From IMG/VR virus record IMGVR_UViG_3300020200_001870, positions 1 to 33,418 of that record: 33,418 nt of DNA; one strand, written 5' to 3'. The DNA is from a virus. Lineage: Duplodnaviria > Caudoviricetes. Positions within the stretch are counted from its first letter, which is position 1; the number at the start of each line of letters is the position of its first letter. A program made the position numbers and the translations under genes. The notes beneath the pieces were generated by a model, which was given only the letters and a program-made list of their open reading frames with translations, had not been told where the DNA came from and did not search any database. Shown here piece after piece: positions 21,366-31,068 of the stretch.

Positions 21366-23201
21366 GTGTCTTTTGATTGGCTACATAAAGATGTCGTGAA
21401 CAATCCATCTTTTTTAAATGCATATATTAAAGAATATTCTAAGTTAAATGAATCTAAACCAATTCCAAGAGATCATCACGTATCTATACCTCCAACTTCT
21501 TTAGAAGCTGTAGAGAAAGAATTACATCCTTATTTTTTTGATAAATCTTACTGGAATATCTTTCTTGAAAATCATCATTTAACAGATCCAGATATTAAGA
21601 AAGATATTAATAGTCTCATTAAAATGCTAATTGATGGTGGAGAACTTAAAGACGAAGCTGAAATAATTATTAAGAATGAAATAATTAAGGGTAGTATTCT
21701 TGGTCGAGCACTTGAATTAACTTCTCGTTTTGAAACAACTTTGATAGATCATTGGTTTAATACATTTGAAAAACGTAAACAAAAAGCTTCTTCAGATTTC
21801 AATCAGAAATGGCGTGGAGAAGACCACGATCTTTATGTTTCCGTCTATGGCCCAGATCTCATTGAAGCTAGAAAAATATATCTTAAGAAAAAGAACTTAG
21901 AAGACCCACCCAAAGTTATTCTAGATGAATCACAGTTTCTTCTGCAGGGCCACTTTTCTTATGAAGAAGGAAAACCTTATAGTGAGATAAGAAATGAAGG
22001 TTTTATGGTGCTTGGTGGTGGATCTGTTGAAACAGACTTTCCCGGGCAAATTTTTATGATTAACTATGATTTAATTAAAATACCAAATTTTGAAAGAGAA
22101 AGAAGATATGATAAACAAAAGAAACAAGAGGAGTTTAATATACCAATTCCAGAGGATGTAGAAGTTTCTAATATTAAAGAAGAATTTCCATTCTTGGAAA
22201 AAGAAGAGGCCTTTGATGCTCCTCCCAATAAAATCAAACCATTTGTTGAAAAACAATTTTCTAGTTTTCCATTTAGCTCAAAAATATCTTCCAAAGAATA
22301 TATAAAACCAGGGGAAGCTCCACCTCCAGGGGTTGTTGTTTTTAGAGGTCCAAGAGGCGGTCATTATTTTATTCCGCCAAAAAAGAAGTCTGTTGAAGAC
22401 CAAAGAGGGGCAAAATTTACTTTAGAAACTTCAAAAAAAGAAGCAGACTCATTTTTTGGTGAAGGTGGTTCAGATTTTCTAGCAGATGCTTACGCCGTAG
22501 ACATTCCAGGCTATTCTACTAAAATTACTTATGCGGGACACAGAGATCCAATAAAACCAAGCTGGTCGAGCGACGAGGCAGCTAACTTTTTATATGTAAT
22601 GATAAATATTTATGGTGATGATCATAAAAAAGTTGGTTCTATGTTACGAGAATTTAATAAAACCAACAAAGATCTTGAAGTAAACCATAGAGAATTTAAA
22701 TTAGATGAAAGTCATAGAGGGAAAGGTATTGCTTCTTCTATATCACAGAATACCGAAGAAGCATATCGAAAAGCAGGAATTCGAAAAATTAAGCTTCTTG
22801 CAGGAGATGTTCACGGTGGATATGCTTGGGCTGTTCAGGGCTACGATTTTGATCCAGAATTTAATGATAAGTCTTTAGTATTATCTAGATTTCACAAGGC
22901 TATAAAATCTCTTGCTATTCGAGAAAGGCTACCACAGTTTGAACACCTCCAAAAAGAATTTCCAGCTATAAAAGTCGATGAAGCAAACCGAATGATTGAA
23001 GAAGTTAATAAAATGAAGCATTCTTGGGAGTTTGCTAGATATAATCCTTTTAATAACGATTACGGAAAGCATTTTGGGAAAGCAGCACTACGCGGAGTTT
23101 ATTATTCAGCAGTGAAAGACTTAGACCCGACTTCTAAATCTTTCAAAGTTGGAAAAGCTTATTTCCTAGCTAAGAATAAGCTAAGAATTATGGGTGGATA
23201 A
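21366..23201 (+). CDS. Large protein with a C-terminal GNAT-like domain, possibly head-associated
   Basis: GGAGG RBS; HRGKGIAS...YRKAGIRKIKLLA...GGYAWAVQGYDF resembles GNAT acetyl-CoA motif A/B; internal PPPG...GPRGG.Y motif. Confidence 0.6.
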   Translation: MSFDWLHKDVVNNPSFLNAYIKEYSKLNESKPIPRDHHVSIPPTSLEAVEKELHPYFFDKSYWNIFLENHHLTDPDIKKDINSLIKMLIDGGELKDEAEIIIKNEIIKGSILGRALELTSRFETTLIDHWFNTFEKRKQKASSDFNQKWRGEDHDLYVSVYGPDLIEARKIYLKKKNLEDPPKVILDESQFLLQGHFSYEEGKPYSEIRNEGFMVLGGGSVETDFPGQIFMINYDLIKIPNFERERRYDKQKKQEEFNIPIPEDVEVSNIKEEFPFLEKEEAFDAPPNKIKPFVEKQFSSFPFSSKISSKEYIKPGEAPPPGVVVFRGPRGGHYFIPPKKKSVEDQRGAKFTLETSKKEADSFFGEGGSDFLADAYAVDIPGYSTKITYAGHRDPIKPSWSSDEAANFLYVMINIYGDDHKKVGSMLREFNKTNKDLEVNHREFKLDESHRGKGIASSISQNTEEAYRKAGIRKIKLLAGDVHGGYAWAVQGYDFDPEFNDKSLVLSRFHKAIKSLAIRERLPQFEHLQKEFPAIKVDEANRMIEEVNKMKHSWEFARYNPFNNDYGKHFGKAALRGVYYSAVKDLDPTSKSFKVGKAYFLAKNKLRIMGG

Positions 23202-23423
23202 ATGAAAAACGATTGGATGCATGAAGAAACTATAAATAATTTAAAATTTGAAGAAGAATTTCAGAAAGAATATCAAAAGCTCCAAGAGGAGTATGATCAA
23301 GAAAAGTTAGATAAGGCATTTCAAATTGAAATGGGTCGTCAAAAAGATCCGGACTTAGCAATGCAAGAAGCAAAAAGAAATCTTGAAATTGATCCCAGAT
23401 TTTATGACGACGTGGAGGTTTAA
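23202..23423 (+). CDS. Small protein sharing its N-terminus with 21366-23201; DUF5661-like C-terminus
   Basis: DWMHEETINN..F....KEYQKL versus DWLHKDVVNN..F....KEYSKL; IEM...DPDLA...A..NL..DPRFY. Confidence 0.6.
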   Translation: MKNDWMHEETINNLKFEEEFQKEYQKLQEEYDQEKLDKAFQIEMGRQKDPDLAMQEAKRNLEIDPRFYDDVEV

Positions 23424-23605
23424 TGTTTTCATATAGACAGATTCAAATATTAAAAGATAAGTGTAAGAGGTGCAACGGTAATTTTACTAAAAATGAATAT
23501 AATGTTTGGGTGTGCTTAATGTGTTGTCGTTCATACGAACAAGGATTTTTTGAATCTTTGCCGAACAGATCTAGAATAGGAGAGAGAAATGCAGATAACA
23601 AGTAA
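23423..23605 (+). CDS. Zinc-ribbon-like small protein
   Basis: CKRCNG...CLMC; GGAGG RBS; overlaps its neighbours. Confidence 0.6.
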   Translation: MFSYRQIQILKDKCKRCNGNFTKNEYNVWVCLMCCRSYEQGFFESLPNRSRIGERNADNK

Positions 23606-24410
23606 AGTTGAAAAGGGGGAAAGTACCACAAAATTTGTGGTACTTGGAGATAGACAGATTCCCTTTCATGACACAAGAGCAATTAGGCTTGCTCGTAGGG
23701 TTATTGAAGATTTTCAACCAGATTATGTAGTTGATTTGGGAGACGCCCTTGATCTTCCAGATCTTTCTACAAAATATGCTCCAAAGCCAGAACACAAAAT
23801 GCAGTTTAAATCTGCATTAAGAATTTATAGAGAGCAAACAGAAAAAGAAATTGAAGCTTGTCCAACAGCAAAAAGAATTTGGATTGCTGGAAATCATGAA
23901 CAGCGTCTTGAGAAATACGTTTCCGTTAAAGCAGAAGCATTATGGGAACTTCTTAATGATGATGGACCGCTAACTTTACCAAAGTTGGTTGGAATTGAAG
24001 ACAAGGTTACATATGTTCAACCATATGGAGAAGCTTGGGCATATCGATGGCAAGGAGCAGAATTTCTTTTTAAACATGGAGACAGACATAATAAATTTGC
24101 TTCATCGAGTGAATTAAGTGATCTTCATACTAATGGTATTTCTGGTCATTTGCACCGAATACAAATGATGATGCAACAAACATATAGTTCTTTGCATGGT
24201 TGGTGGAGTAATGGATGTCTTTGTAATATAGAAGGTCAGAATTGTCCACCTGGATATATGTCTGGGACTGGTATGAGAAATTGGCAACAGGGATTAACAA
24301 CAATCATTTTTTCAAATGAAAGACCTCTATTTTCAGTTTCTCCTTGGGTAATACATCGTGGTAAAACGATTGTTAATGGTAAAGTTTATATTGATACTGG
24401 AGGTAAATAG
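23589..24410 (+). CDS. Calcineurin-like metallophosphoesterase
   Basis: GDRQIPFHD, DLGDALD, GNHE, KHG, SGHLH. Confidence 0.88.
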   Translation: MQITSKVEKGESTTKFVVLGDRQIPFHDTRAIRLARRVIEDFQPDYVVDLGDALDLPDLSTKYAPKPEHKMQFKSALRIYREQTEKEIEACPTAKRIWIAGNHEQRLEKYVSVKAEALWELLNDDGPLTLPKLVGIEDKVTYVQPYGEAWAYRWQGAEFLFKHGDRHNKFASSSELSDLHTNGISGHLHRIQMMMQQTYSSLHGWWSNGCLCNIEGQNCPPGYMSGTGMRNWQQGLTTIIFSNERPLFSVSPWVIHRGKTIVNGKVYIDTGGK

Positions 24411-24426
24411 AGTTATATAATAGAAT

Positions 24427-24933
24427 ATGGATAAACGTCGATGGAATCTCATTTCCGAAAAAATGAGAGAAGCATTACTAAAAGCCCTTCAAGATACAGG
24501 AAAAAAGATTTTCGATAAGTCTCAATCTAATATTTCAGATGATGAGTATTTGAAGTCTACCGGAAGTATTGATTTAAAAGAAGATGGGTGGAAAATTGAA
24601 TATTCAGATCCACTTGCTTTAGATAAAGAATTTGGTACTCCGAAGCAGCAAATTAGGGGATCTCAAACATATGAAGTAGCTAGTTATACTCGACAAGGTT
24701 ATGTAAGAAGTAATGGAGCGATTGTACCACCTCATACTGTTAAGGGTTATTCTGTAACTTTAGAAGATAAAAAAATAATTTCTTTTATAGATAGAGGCAA
24801 GAAGGAATTTAGAACAATTTCAGAAATTAAAGAAAAACAAGGTAAATTCTTCTTAAGTAGTGCTATTAATGAAGAACTAAAAAATGAATTACCAGATGAT
24901 ATAAAGAAAAGAATAGAGGAAATTAAACTATAG
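24427..24933 (+). CDS. Putative HK97 gp10-like / neck-type virion protein
   Basis: Pattern SQ.N.......LKSTGS...IEY...A...EFGT...FFLSSA; lies near the head genes. Confidence 0.45.
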   Translation: MDKRRWNLISEKMREALLKALQDTGKKIFDKSQSNISDDEYLKSTGSIDLKEDGWKIEYSDPLALDKEFGTPKQQIRGSQTYEVASYTRQGYVRSNGAIVPPHTVKGYSVTLEDKKIISFIDRGKKEFRTISEIKEKQGKFFLSSAINEELKNELPDDIKKRIEEIKL

Positions 24934-24944
24934 AAAGAGGAAAA

Positions 24945-25193
24945 ATGATGTCAGAACGATTAACAGAAAATCAAAGATATACTATAACAGTGACAGATAA
25001 TCAAAGATACATTATGGAAAGGGCAGCAAGAGTTGTACGTGAAATTCTTGATCTTGTCGAAGTATATGCTCCTGAAACTCCACAGAGAGAAAAATTAAAG
25101 CAACTAATGGAAAATTCAATTTATGCATTTCGAGATGACATGCTAAAGAAGTTTACAATTACAAAACCAGCTGGTCAAAAGGAGACATCTTAA
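24945..25193 (+). CDS. Helical hypothetical protein, paralogue of 30810-31034
   Basis: VVREILDLVE...LKQLMENSIY..RDDM..KF. Confidence 0.7.
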   Translation: MMSERLTENQRYTITVTDNQRYIMERAARVVREILDLVEVYAPETPQREKLKQLMENSIYAFRDDMLKKFTITKPAGQKETS

Positions 25194-25195
25194 TT

Positions 25196-25804
25196 ATGTG
25201 GATGATTGAGAGAAATAGTAGTTTAAAAAGCGATCAAGTTCAAGGAACTTATGAATATTTAGCTTCAGTTCATAGAACTTTGTTCCTTTATGGGCCAGTT
25301 TTTGGCTTACCTCAACGAATGGATGCTTTTAATGCAAGCTCTCTAGCCGATACCATTTTGGCTATGGGAAAATTTGATTCGTCAAGACCAATCAAATTAG
25401 TATTAGATTCTGAAGGTGGATCAGTTCGTGATGGATTGGTTCTCTATGATGCAATTAAGATGAGTCCATGTGAAGTCTGGACATTTGGAAGAATGTGTTA
25501 CTCCATGGCTGCCGTACTTCTTTCTGCTGGCACCAAGGGTAGAAGATATGTATATCCAAATTCCCATATTATGCTTCATCTTCCTTCTGGTTCGACTCAA
25601 GGGGATGTTGAATCTGTTAAGATATATACAGATGAACTTAAGAAGACAAAAGATGTTCTCGTTGATCGATTAATAGAAAATGGAGTTAGACATAAGAAAG
25701 CAAAAATTATGCGTGATATCAATCGAGAATATTTTATGACTGCTAACCAAGCTATAGACTATGGAATAGCCGATAAGATTGCTAGTCAAAATGAGCTTTA
25801 TTAA
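25196..25804 (+). CDS. clpP: ClpP-family serine protease
   Basis: DSEGGSV..GL.LYDAI, CYSMAAVLLSAGTKGRR, PNSHIMLHLP, REYFMTA.QA.DYGIAD. The usual catalytic Asp (RD.F) appears as Glu. Confidence 0.88.
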   Translation: MWMIERNSSLKSDQVQGTYEYLASVHRTLFLYGPVFGLPQRMDAFNASSLADTILAMGKFDSSRPIKLVLDSEGGSVRDGLVLYDAIKMSPCEVWTFGRMCYSMAAVLLSAGTKGRRYVYPNSHIMLHLPSGSTQGDVESVKIYTDELKKTKDVLVDRLIENGVRHKKAKIMRDINREYFMTANQAIDYGIADKIASQNELY

Positions 25805-25829
25805 AAGGGGCTCAAGGATAATAGATTAG

Positions 25830-27224
25830 GTGTCTAAAATAACGGAGTTTACACTTCTTCGGATGTTCGAGGATTTAAAAACAGACGAAATAAGATCAGC
25901 AGATCTTCAATTAGCCTCACAAAACCTTTTACCAATTATGAAATCTAAAGACGGTTCATTTTCGTCTAACGCTTCAGTCGTTACTGAGTCTATTGACAAA
26001 ATGATAGACGATGAACCGTCTTTCAGATTAGTTTTTCCAGATGGAAATTATAAGTTTTTCAAATCGGAGATTGGAAGACTTTATAAGAAATATGATAATA
26101 TAGATATTTTTGCAAAAGATTTTGATTCTGATATTATTTTTTTGGAAAAAGCACAAGTTGGTAAAACAACTAAACAAGATATTTTTAATTCAATAAGTGA
26201 ATATGAAAGACGTTTTAATGCTGGTTTTGCTTCTCCGGCTGAAATTTTAACGTTGTATAGATTTTATCCTGATAGACCAGAATTTCAAAAGGCCGCAACA
26301 GAAATACCTATGGAACCAATGGTTATTGGTGGGCCGGCTTCTGTTGCAATTGTAGATAAAGAAGGTCATTTGATAACTACTGAAGCTCTTGATGAAGCCT
26401 TTACTAATTTTATGAAAAATCCACGGACAAATAATTTAAATGTGCTTCATTCTGATGTTCAAATTGGATGGGGTCTACCAGCCTATATTAACCGTTCTGG
26501 TCAAGTATTTAAGTCTGGAGTTGACGAAAAAGGGTTATATTTTATTGCAGAATTAAGAAGTGATGATTTTCCAGTTTCCAATAAAGTTAAAGAACAAATT
26601 GAAAAAGGAAAAATTAGAAGTTATTCGATTGCTGGCTCAGCTTTGAAAGTTGACGAAATAAATACTGAAGATGGTAAAACGGTCATGAGAGTTAAAAAAT
26701 TAGCATTAGCTGAAATTACGGCTTGTGAAAAAGGAGTCAATCCTGGTGCTCATTTTGATATCTTAAAAAGTCATTATCATCCTGAAACTTCTTGTGTAGA
26801 CGGAAGTTGTTTAACGACTGTTGGAGTAAAAATTACTGGAGAAAAAGATGGGCAACCATTCGTAGCAGAAGTAATGGAAGTTGCCGAACAAACTAAAAAT
26901 GAAGATTTTGGTGGAGAAGGTTTTCGTCCATCTGGGGAGGTTGCTATGAGTGGCAATGAAATTTTGAAGGGGTCAGCAGTATCTAAGCTAGAATATTGGG
27001 TACAGAAAAATCTTAAGGGTAATGGATTTCTTTTAGAAGATGTTCTTGAGGGTGGCTATAAAAAGCGACAAAAATTTAATGAAGATCAATTAAAGCGTAT
27101 TGGAATGCCAAAAAACGACAAGAAACTCATTGAAGAAACTAAATTAGATTCTGATAAGAGGTATTGCGAGCCAGGAAAAGTTTCTACTGGCGGGCAACTT
27201 TCAACCCAGAAATCAAGTTCTTGA
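25830..27224 (+). CDS. Prohead (capsid maturation) protease, HK97/XkdF-like domain with N- and C-terminal extensions
   Basis: GPASVAIVDKEGHLIT.EAL...HSDVQIG...GKIRSYSIAG...EITACEKGVNPGAHFDILKS. Confidence 0.8.
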   Translation: MSKITEFTLLRMFEDLKTDEIRSADLQLASQNLLPIMKSKDGSFSSNASVVTESIDKMIDDEPSFRLVFPDGNYKFFKSEIGRLYKKYDNIDIFAKDFDSDIIFLEKAQVGKTTKQDIFNSISEYERRFNAGFASPAEILTLYRFYPDRPEFQKAATEIPMEPMVIGGPASVAIVDKEGHLITTEALDEAFTNFMKNPRTNNLNVLHSDVQIGWGLPAYINRSGQVFKSGVDEKGLYFIAELRSDDFPVSNKVKEQIEKGKIRSYSIAGSALKVDEINTEDGKTVMRVKKLALAEITACEKGVNPGAHFDILKSHYHPETSCVDGSCLTTVGVKITGEKDGQPFVAEVMEVAEQTKNEDFGGEGFRPSGEVAMSGNEILKGSAVSKLEYWVQKNLKGNGFLLEDVLEGGYKKRQKFNEDQLKRIGMPKNDKKLIEETKLDSDKRYCEPGKVSTGGQLSTQKSSS

Positions 27225-27300
27225 GGTCAACATAAGTAGATTGACTGTATATGTCAATTAGATGAAAAGTATGATATAATTCTTCCAAAGGGAGAAACAT

Positions 27301-27819
27301 ATGCTTGATACAAAAGAATATTGCGAAGGTTCTATGATGTTTGCTGATCAACTTAAATTTGTTGGCTCAAAACAAGTTGAATGTCCAAAATGCAAAAAGG
27401 GTGTTTCTATTAAGTTTAATGGAAAGCTTAGAAATCATACAGCTAGTAAACTTGAAGAAATAACTGAAACTGAAATTCAACTAAGTGAGTTTGAAGACGA
27501 CGATGAATACAAAGAGCCATCATTTGAATTCTTTGATTTTAATAAGGCTATGAAAAGAGCTCCTAGTGAGCAGGCTATTCATAGCAATATATATCCTATT
27601 GTGTACGGAGAACCAGTTAAGAGAGAACTTAATCTTGAAAATAGACAATCAGTTAGAATAATTAGAGGACAAAAAGTTTTAATTGGAAAGATTGGAGTAG
27701 CATTTAATCATAATAAATCTTGGGGTCATATAGACGTAAAGCTTGAAGATGGTAAAAGTGTTTCGATTAACGATTGGGATGTTGAGGTAGTTAAAAATGA
27801 AGTTAATAAAGAGTTATGA
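27301..27819 (+). CDS. Hypothetical protein with an N-terminal Zn-finger-like motif and an SH3-like C-terminus
   Basis: CEGS...CPKC...LRNH; TGATATAAT and GGGAG upstream. Confidence 0.7.
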   Translation: MLDTKEYCEGSMMFADQLKFVGSKQVECPKCKKGVSIKFNGKLRNHTASKLEEITETEIQLSEFEDDDEYKEPSFEFFDFNKAMKRAPSEQAIHSNIYPIVYGEPVKRELNLENRQSVRIIRGQKVLIGKIGVAFNHNKSWGHIDVKLEDGKSVSINDWDVEVVKNEVNKEL

Positions 27820-28011
27820 TGATCGGCCAGATAATATCTCATGTTCAATTCAAGGTTGCGATAAGCCAATTAAACTAACTGAAGGCGTGTATTATTATGA
27901 TAATGGTAATAAAGTTGCCCATATTAGCCATCTCGAAGAAGAACTTGAAAAGTTAGACAGCATTTCATAATTGTTGTTTTTTGAAATTTTCTATAAAGGA
28001 TAGAAAAAATA

Positions 28012-28158
28012 ATGGGAAACTGGATGAATCGTGACAGAAAAATTAATAGCCGCAAAAAGATTTCAAATTTAAATCATAAATATGAAGATATTGAAAGAAT
28101 TCAGAAAAAAAGAAAGAAGAAAAATCTACGGATAATTGAAAAGCTTGAAGATGAATAA
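28012..28158 (+). CDS. 48-aa basic microprotein (not in the ORF track)
   Basis: MGNWMNRDRKINSRKK...RIIEKLEDE; AAAGGA upstream. Confidence 0.45.
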   Translation: MGNWMNRDRKINSRKKISNLNHKYEDIERIQKKRKKKNLRIIEKLEDE

Positions 28159-28314
28159 TTTTTAAGTTTTTAATATATAATAAAATAGACAAGATAAAAG
28201 AAGATGGACCAGAAATGGTCCATTTTTAATTTGTCAAAAAAATTCGTGGACGGATATGGCAAAGACCACCCTCGAGAGAACTACGATTTTTATTTAGATT
28301 GGAGGAAATGAAGA

Positions 28315-29241
28315 ATGGCAGAAGAATTTAGCACAGAACTAAAGAAAACTCTCGATGGAGTAAATTATGCTCTTGCAGCCCAAGCCGAAGTTCTTTCCAA
28401 GATGGATGCTCGTCTTTCCAAAGCAGAAGAGGAAGAGCAGCGCCAAAAGGAAGAAGAAGAAGAGGCTATGGCTAAATCAGCTTTCATGAAGGAAGTTGCA
28501 CTTTCAGTTTTTAATATGCTTAAGTCTGTTGATCAGGGAATGGACGTTTCCATGGAACCTCGTCCGGCAAAGGCACCGTCTACTATGTGGCCAATTAAGG
28601 GTGACTCAGAAGATCCAGCAGAAGATGCTGATCTTGACACCGCTACTGAAAATGTTCAGAGAACAATTCAAGCCTCTGCTGGTGGTGCTGGTACTACACC
28701 TATTAGGAAGAATGCACCCCCGACAATGGGGGCTGCGGTTCCACCGGCAGCTCCTATATCCGCTCAAGACACAGCACCTGATGAGGGTGAGGGTGAGGAC
28801 GAGGAAGAAGAGGAAGTTGGTGCCAATGAATACCCAGTTCGAGAAGAGGAAGGAGAGGAAGAGCCAGAGGAAGAGCGTGGTGGAATGATGGATAAAGGAA
28901 TTTATGCTGCAATGAAAGCAGAAATCGCCGAGCTTAAGAAGATGATTACGGACATTCGAAAGAGTGAAGAACCATCTGAAGCTGTTAGAGCTGAGCTTGC
29001 GAAGTATGGATTCCGAGAAGCAAAGACGGGTCTTCAGAAACCGAAGTTGATTAAGTACGACAACAAGCCTCTTGGGGCAGACTTGGGAACTACTATCAAG
29101 AAGGCACAGACACCAGAAGATGTAGTAGAACAGTTATCCAAGATGAGCTACAGTGATCTGATCAAAGCTGATCTAGAAGCTCGCCCACTTGACCCTGAAG
29201 AGGGATTGCTTAAGTCACTCTCTGGAAATCTAACTAACTAA
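28315..29241 (+). CDS. Putative capsid scaffolding protein
   Basis: Acidic, low-complexity and coiled-coil; lies between the prohead protease and the major capsid gene; GGAGG RBS. Confidence 0.7.
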   Translation: MAEEFSTELKKTLDGVNYALAAQAEVLSKMDARLSKAEEEEQRQKEEEEEAMAKSAFMKEVALSVFNMLKSVDQGMDVSMEPRPAKAPSTMWPIKGDSEDPAEDADLDTATENVQRTIQASAGGAGTTPIRKNAPPTMGAAVPPAAPISAQDTAPDEGEGEDEEEEEVGANEYPVREEEGEEEPEEERGGMMDKGIYAAMKAEIAELKKMITDIRKSEEPSEAVRAELAKYGFREAKTGLQKPKLIKYDNKPLGADLGTTIKKAQTPEDVVEQLSKMSYSDLIKADLEARPLDPEEGLLKSLSGNLTN

Positions 29242-29264
29242 TCTTTTTGGAGGAGTTATTTTAA

Positions 29265-30629
29265 ATGGCCAATACAAATTTAAGTTCATATCTTGCTGAA
29301 AGTCAGCGCGGCCGCTCACTTTTGCAGCAAGTGTTCGGAGAAAACTGGTTGTCTAAGCAGACCTTTTTCACGGTCGATACGGCAACTGGAATCTTTAATA
29401 CAACATACGGTCGCAAAGTGTGGCAGGCACTCAACAACCAAACCCGTTTCTTTAATGCAATACCTCGGGTAACTTGGGGAAATGTAGCTGGTTGGCGTGT
29501 GCGTGATGATCGTGGTTCGGGAAGATCTCGGCCAATTACAGAAACCGGGTCACTTCCGACAATAGATGTTTCCAACATTAACACGGTAAGCTCGCTTCCG
29601 AGAATTGTTGGTACGACTTTCGGTGTTTCAATCAAGTCCGTGTTTACTGCTAACCTAGAAGGTGGTGTTGGAGACGTGCTTGCCATGGAACACGAGAATG
29701 CAGAACGTGACCATGCTAAGGAAATCAACGAGGAGTTGCTTGCAGCTGCCGGAAGTGTGGTTTCTGCTGGTGCTGCTACAAGCTTTACGGTTCCAGCGGC
29801 CTTCGCAAAGAACTACAAGATTGGTGACGCAGTCTCCCAATGGGATGACAGTGCCAATGATTGGATCAGAACAAGTGGTTCTGTTGTTTCAGCGGTAAAC
29901 ACGTCTACAGGTGTGGTAACTGTTGCTACTGGTACTGCTTTTGCCGACACTGACTTGGCAACAATCTATTCTAGGGCTGGATTTACCTCCCTTGATGACA
30001 TTGTAAATGAAGATGGTGCAAGAATTAGTGGTGGTTCAACAAATGCAAACTTTGCTGCAAATGGTGGAGTTAGAGCATACGACCTCACTTTTGGTGGAAG
30101 GGTAGCGGGAACCTGGAATGCAGGCGCTATTGTTTCTCATAATGCCGGTGTTGGTCGTTCATTGACCCTTAACCTTATCGATAACAGCATCCAAAACATT
30201 CGTCAGAATGGTGGAGATCCAAAGCTTATTCTTATGGGACATGATCAATATTTCCACATGGAAAGATTGCTCAATGCTCAACAGCGTTACCTCGGCGTTG
30301 AAGAATACCAAGTAGGAATTGGAAGTGAGAAGACATTCCCTGGAACAAGAACAGGACTTGTTCTTGCTACATACCAGGGTATTCCGATTCTAACAGAACC
30401 GGATGCTCCTCAGAGTGTATCGACGGGTGATGTAGTTCTTGGTCGAAACGTTTACGTTCTCGACACTGATGCCCTTGAGATTGCCATCGCGCAACCAACG
30501 AGATATATTGAGAACCGTGACTACTTCGCTGCTAACCAGCTGGTAGTTCGTGGTTTGCTCTTTACTCTTGGTGAGCACCGGTGCACCAATATCTGGGTAC
30601 AGGCAGCAATTAAGGATTTGTCCGCATAA
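29265..30629 (+). CDS. Major capsid protein (HK97 fold expected)
   Basis: 454 aa after the scaffold; E-loop-like ITETGSLP segment, H.KEINEELL spine helix, IRQNGGDPKLILM and YQGIPI motifs; strong RBS; terminator follows. Confidence 0.85.
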   Translation: MANTNLSSYLAESQRGRSLLQQVFGENWLSKQTFFTVDTATGIFNTTYGRKVWQALNNQTRFFNAIPRVTWGNVAGWRVRDDRGSGRSRPITETGSLPTIDVSNINTVSSLPRIVGTTFGVSIKSVFTANLEGGVGDVLAMEHENAERDHAKEINEELLAAAGSVVSAGAATSFTVPAAFAKNYKIGDAVSQWDDSANDWIRTSGSVVSAVNTSTGVVTVATGTAFADTDLATIYSRAGFTSLDDIVNEDGARISGGSTNANFAANGGVRAYDLTFGGRVAGTWNAGAIVSHNAGVGRSLTLNLIDNSIQNIRQNGGDPKLILMGHDQYFHMERLLNAQQRYLGVEEYQVGIGSEKTFPGTRTGLVLATYQGIPILTEPDAPQSVSTGDVVLGRNVYVLDTDALEIAIAQPTRYIENRDYFAANQLVVRGLLFTLGEHRCTNIWVQAAIKDLSA

Positions 30630-30649
30630 AATTCTTTAAAAGAAAAATT

Positions 30650-30692
30650 AAACTCCTTCCATTTTCTTTGATTATGGAAGGAGTTTTTATTT
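30650..30692 (+). terminator. Intrinsic terminator after the capsid gene
   Basis: AAACTCCTTCCAT-N11-ATGGAAGGAGTTT followed by a T-rich run. Confidence 0.7.
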
Positions 30693-30809
30693 AGAATTTT
30701 TTATAAAAGCTCTTATTATTTTATATAATAAAAAAGAGATAGATAAGGCTAGTGTCTTATCTATTTTTTATTTACCTACAAAATAGGAATATGTATGGAA
30801 TGATGTGAA

Positions 30810-31034
30810 ATGCTAATGATTCATTTGTCAAATGCTTTGCAGAGTTTAGACGTCAATACAAAACAGCTAGTGGGTGAAGTTATGACCCATTTAGAAGCTG
30901 CTTTGGTGGATCAACCTGAAAAGCTAACCCCACTAAAGACGTCAATAAAAAGAGCAATATGGCGAAAAAATCAAGACCTCCAAGCCCTGTTTAATTCTGT
31001 TGTAGTTAAACAAGAAGATGAAGGTGAAAAGTAA
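30810..31034 (+). CDS. Helical hypothetical protein, paralogue of 24945-25193
   Basis: LVGEVMTHLE...LKTSIKRAIW..NQDL..LF; start uncertain. Confidence 0.65.
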   Translation: MLMIHLSNALQSLDVNTKQLVGEVMTHLEAALVDQPEKLTPLKTSIKRAIWRKNQDLQALFNSVVVKQEDEGEK

Positions 31035-31068
31035 AGAAAAATGATAGACTTTCTTGGAGGATTTTTAT

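Noticed and set aside
28780-28880. GAG/GAA-rich repeats
   Set aside because: Explained by Glu-rich low-complexity coding sequence in the scaffold protein.
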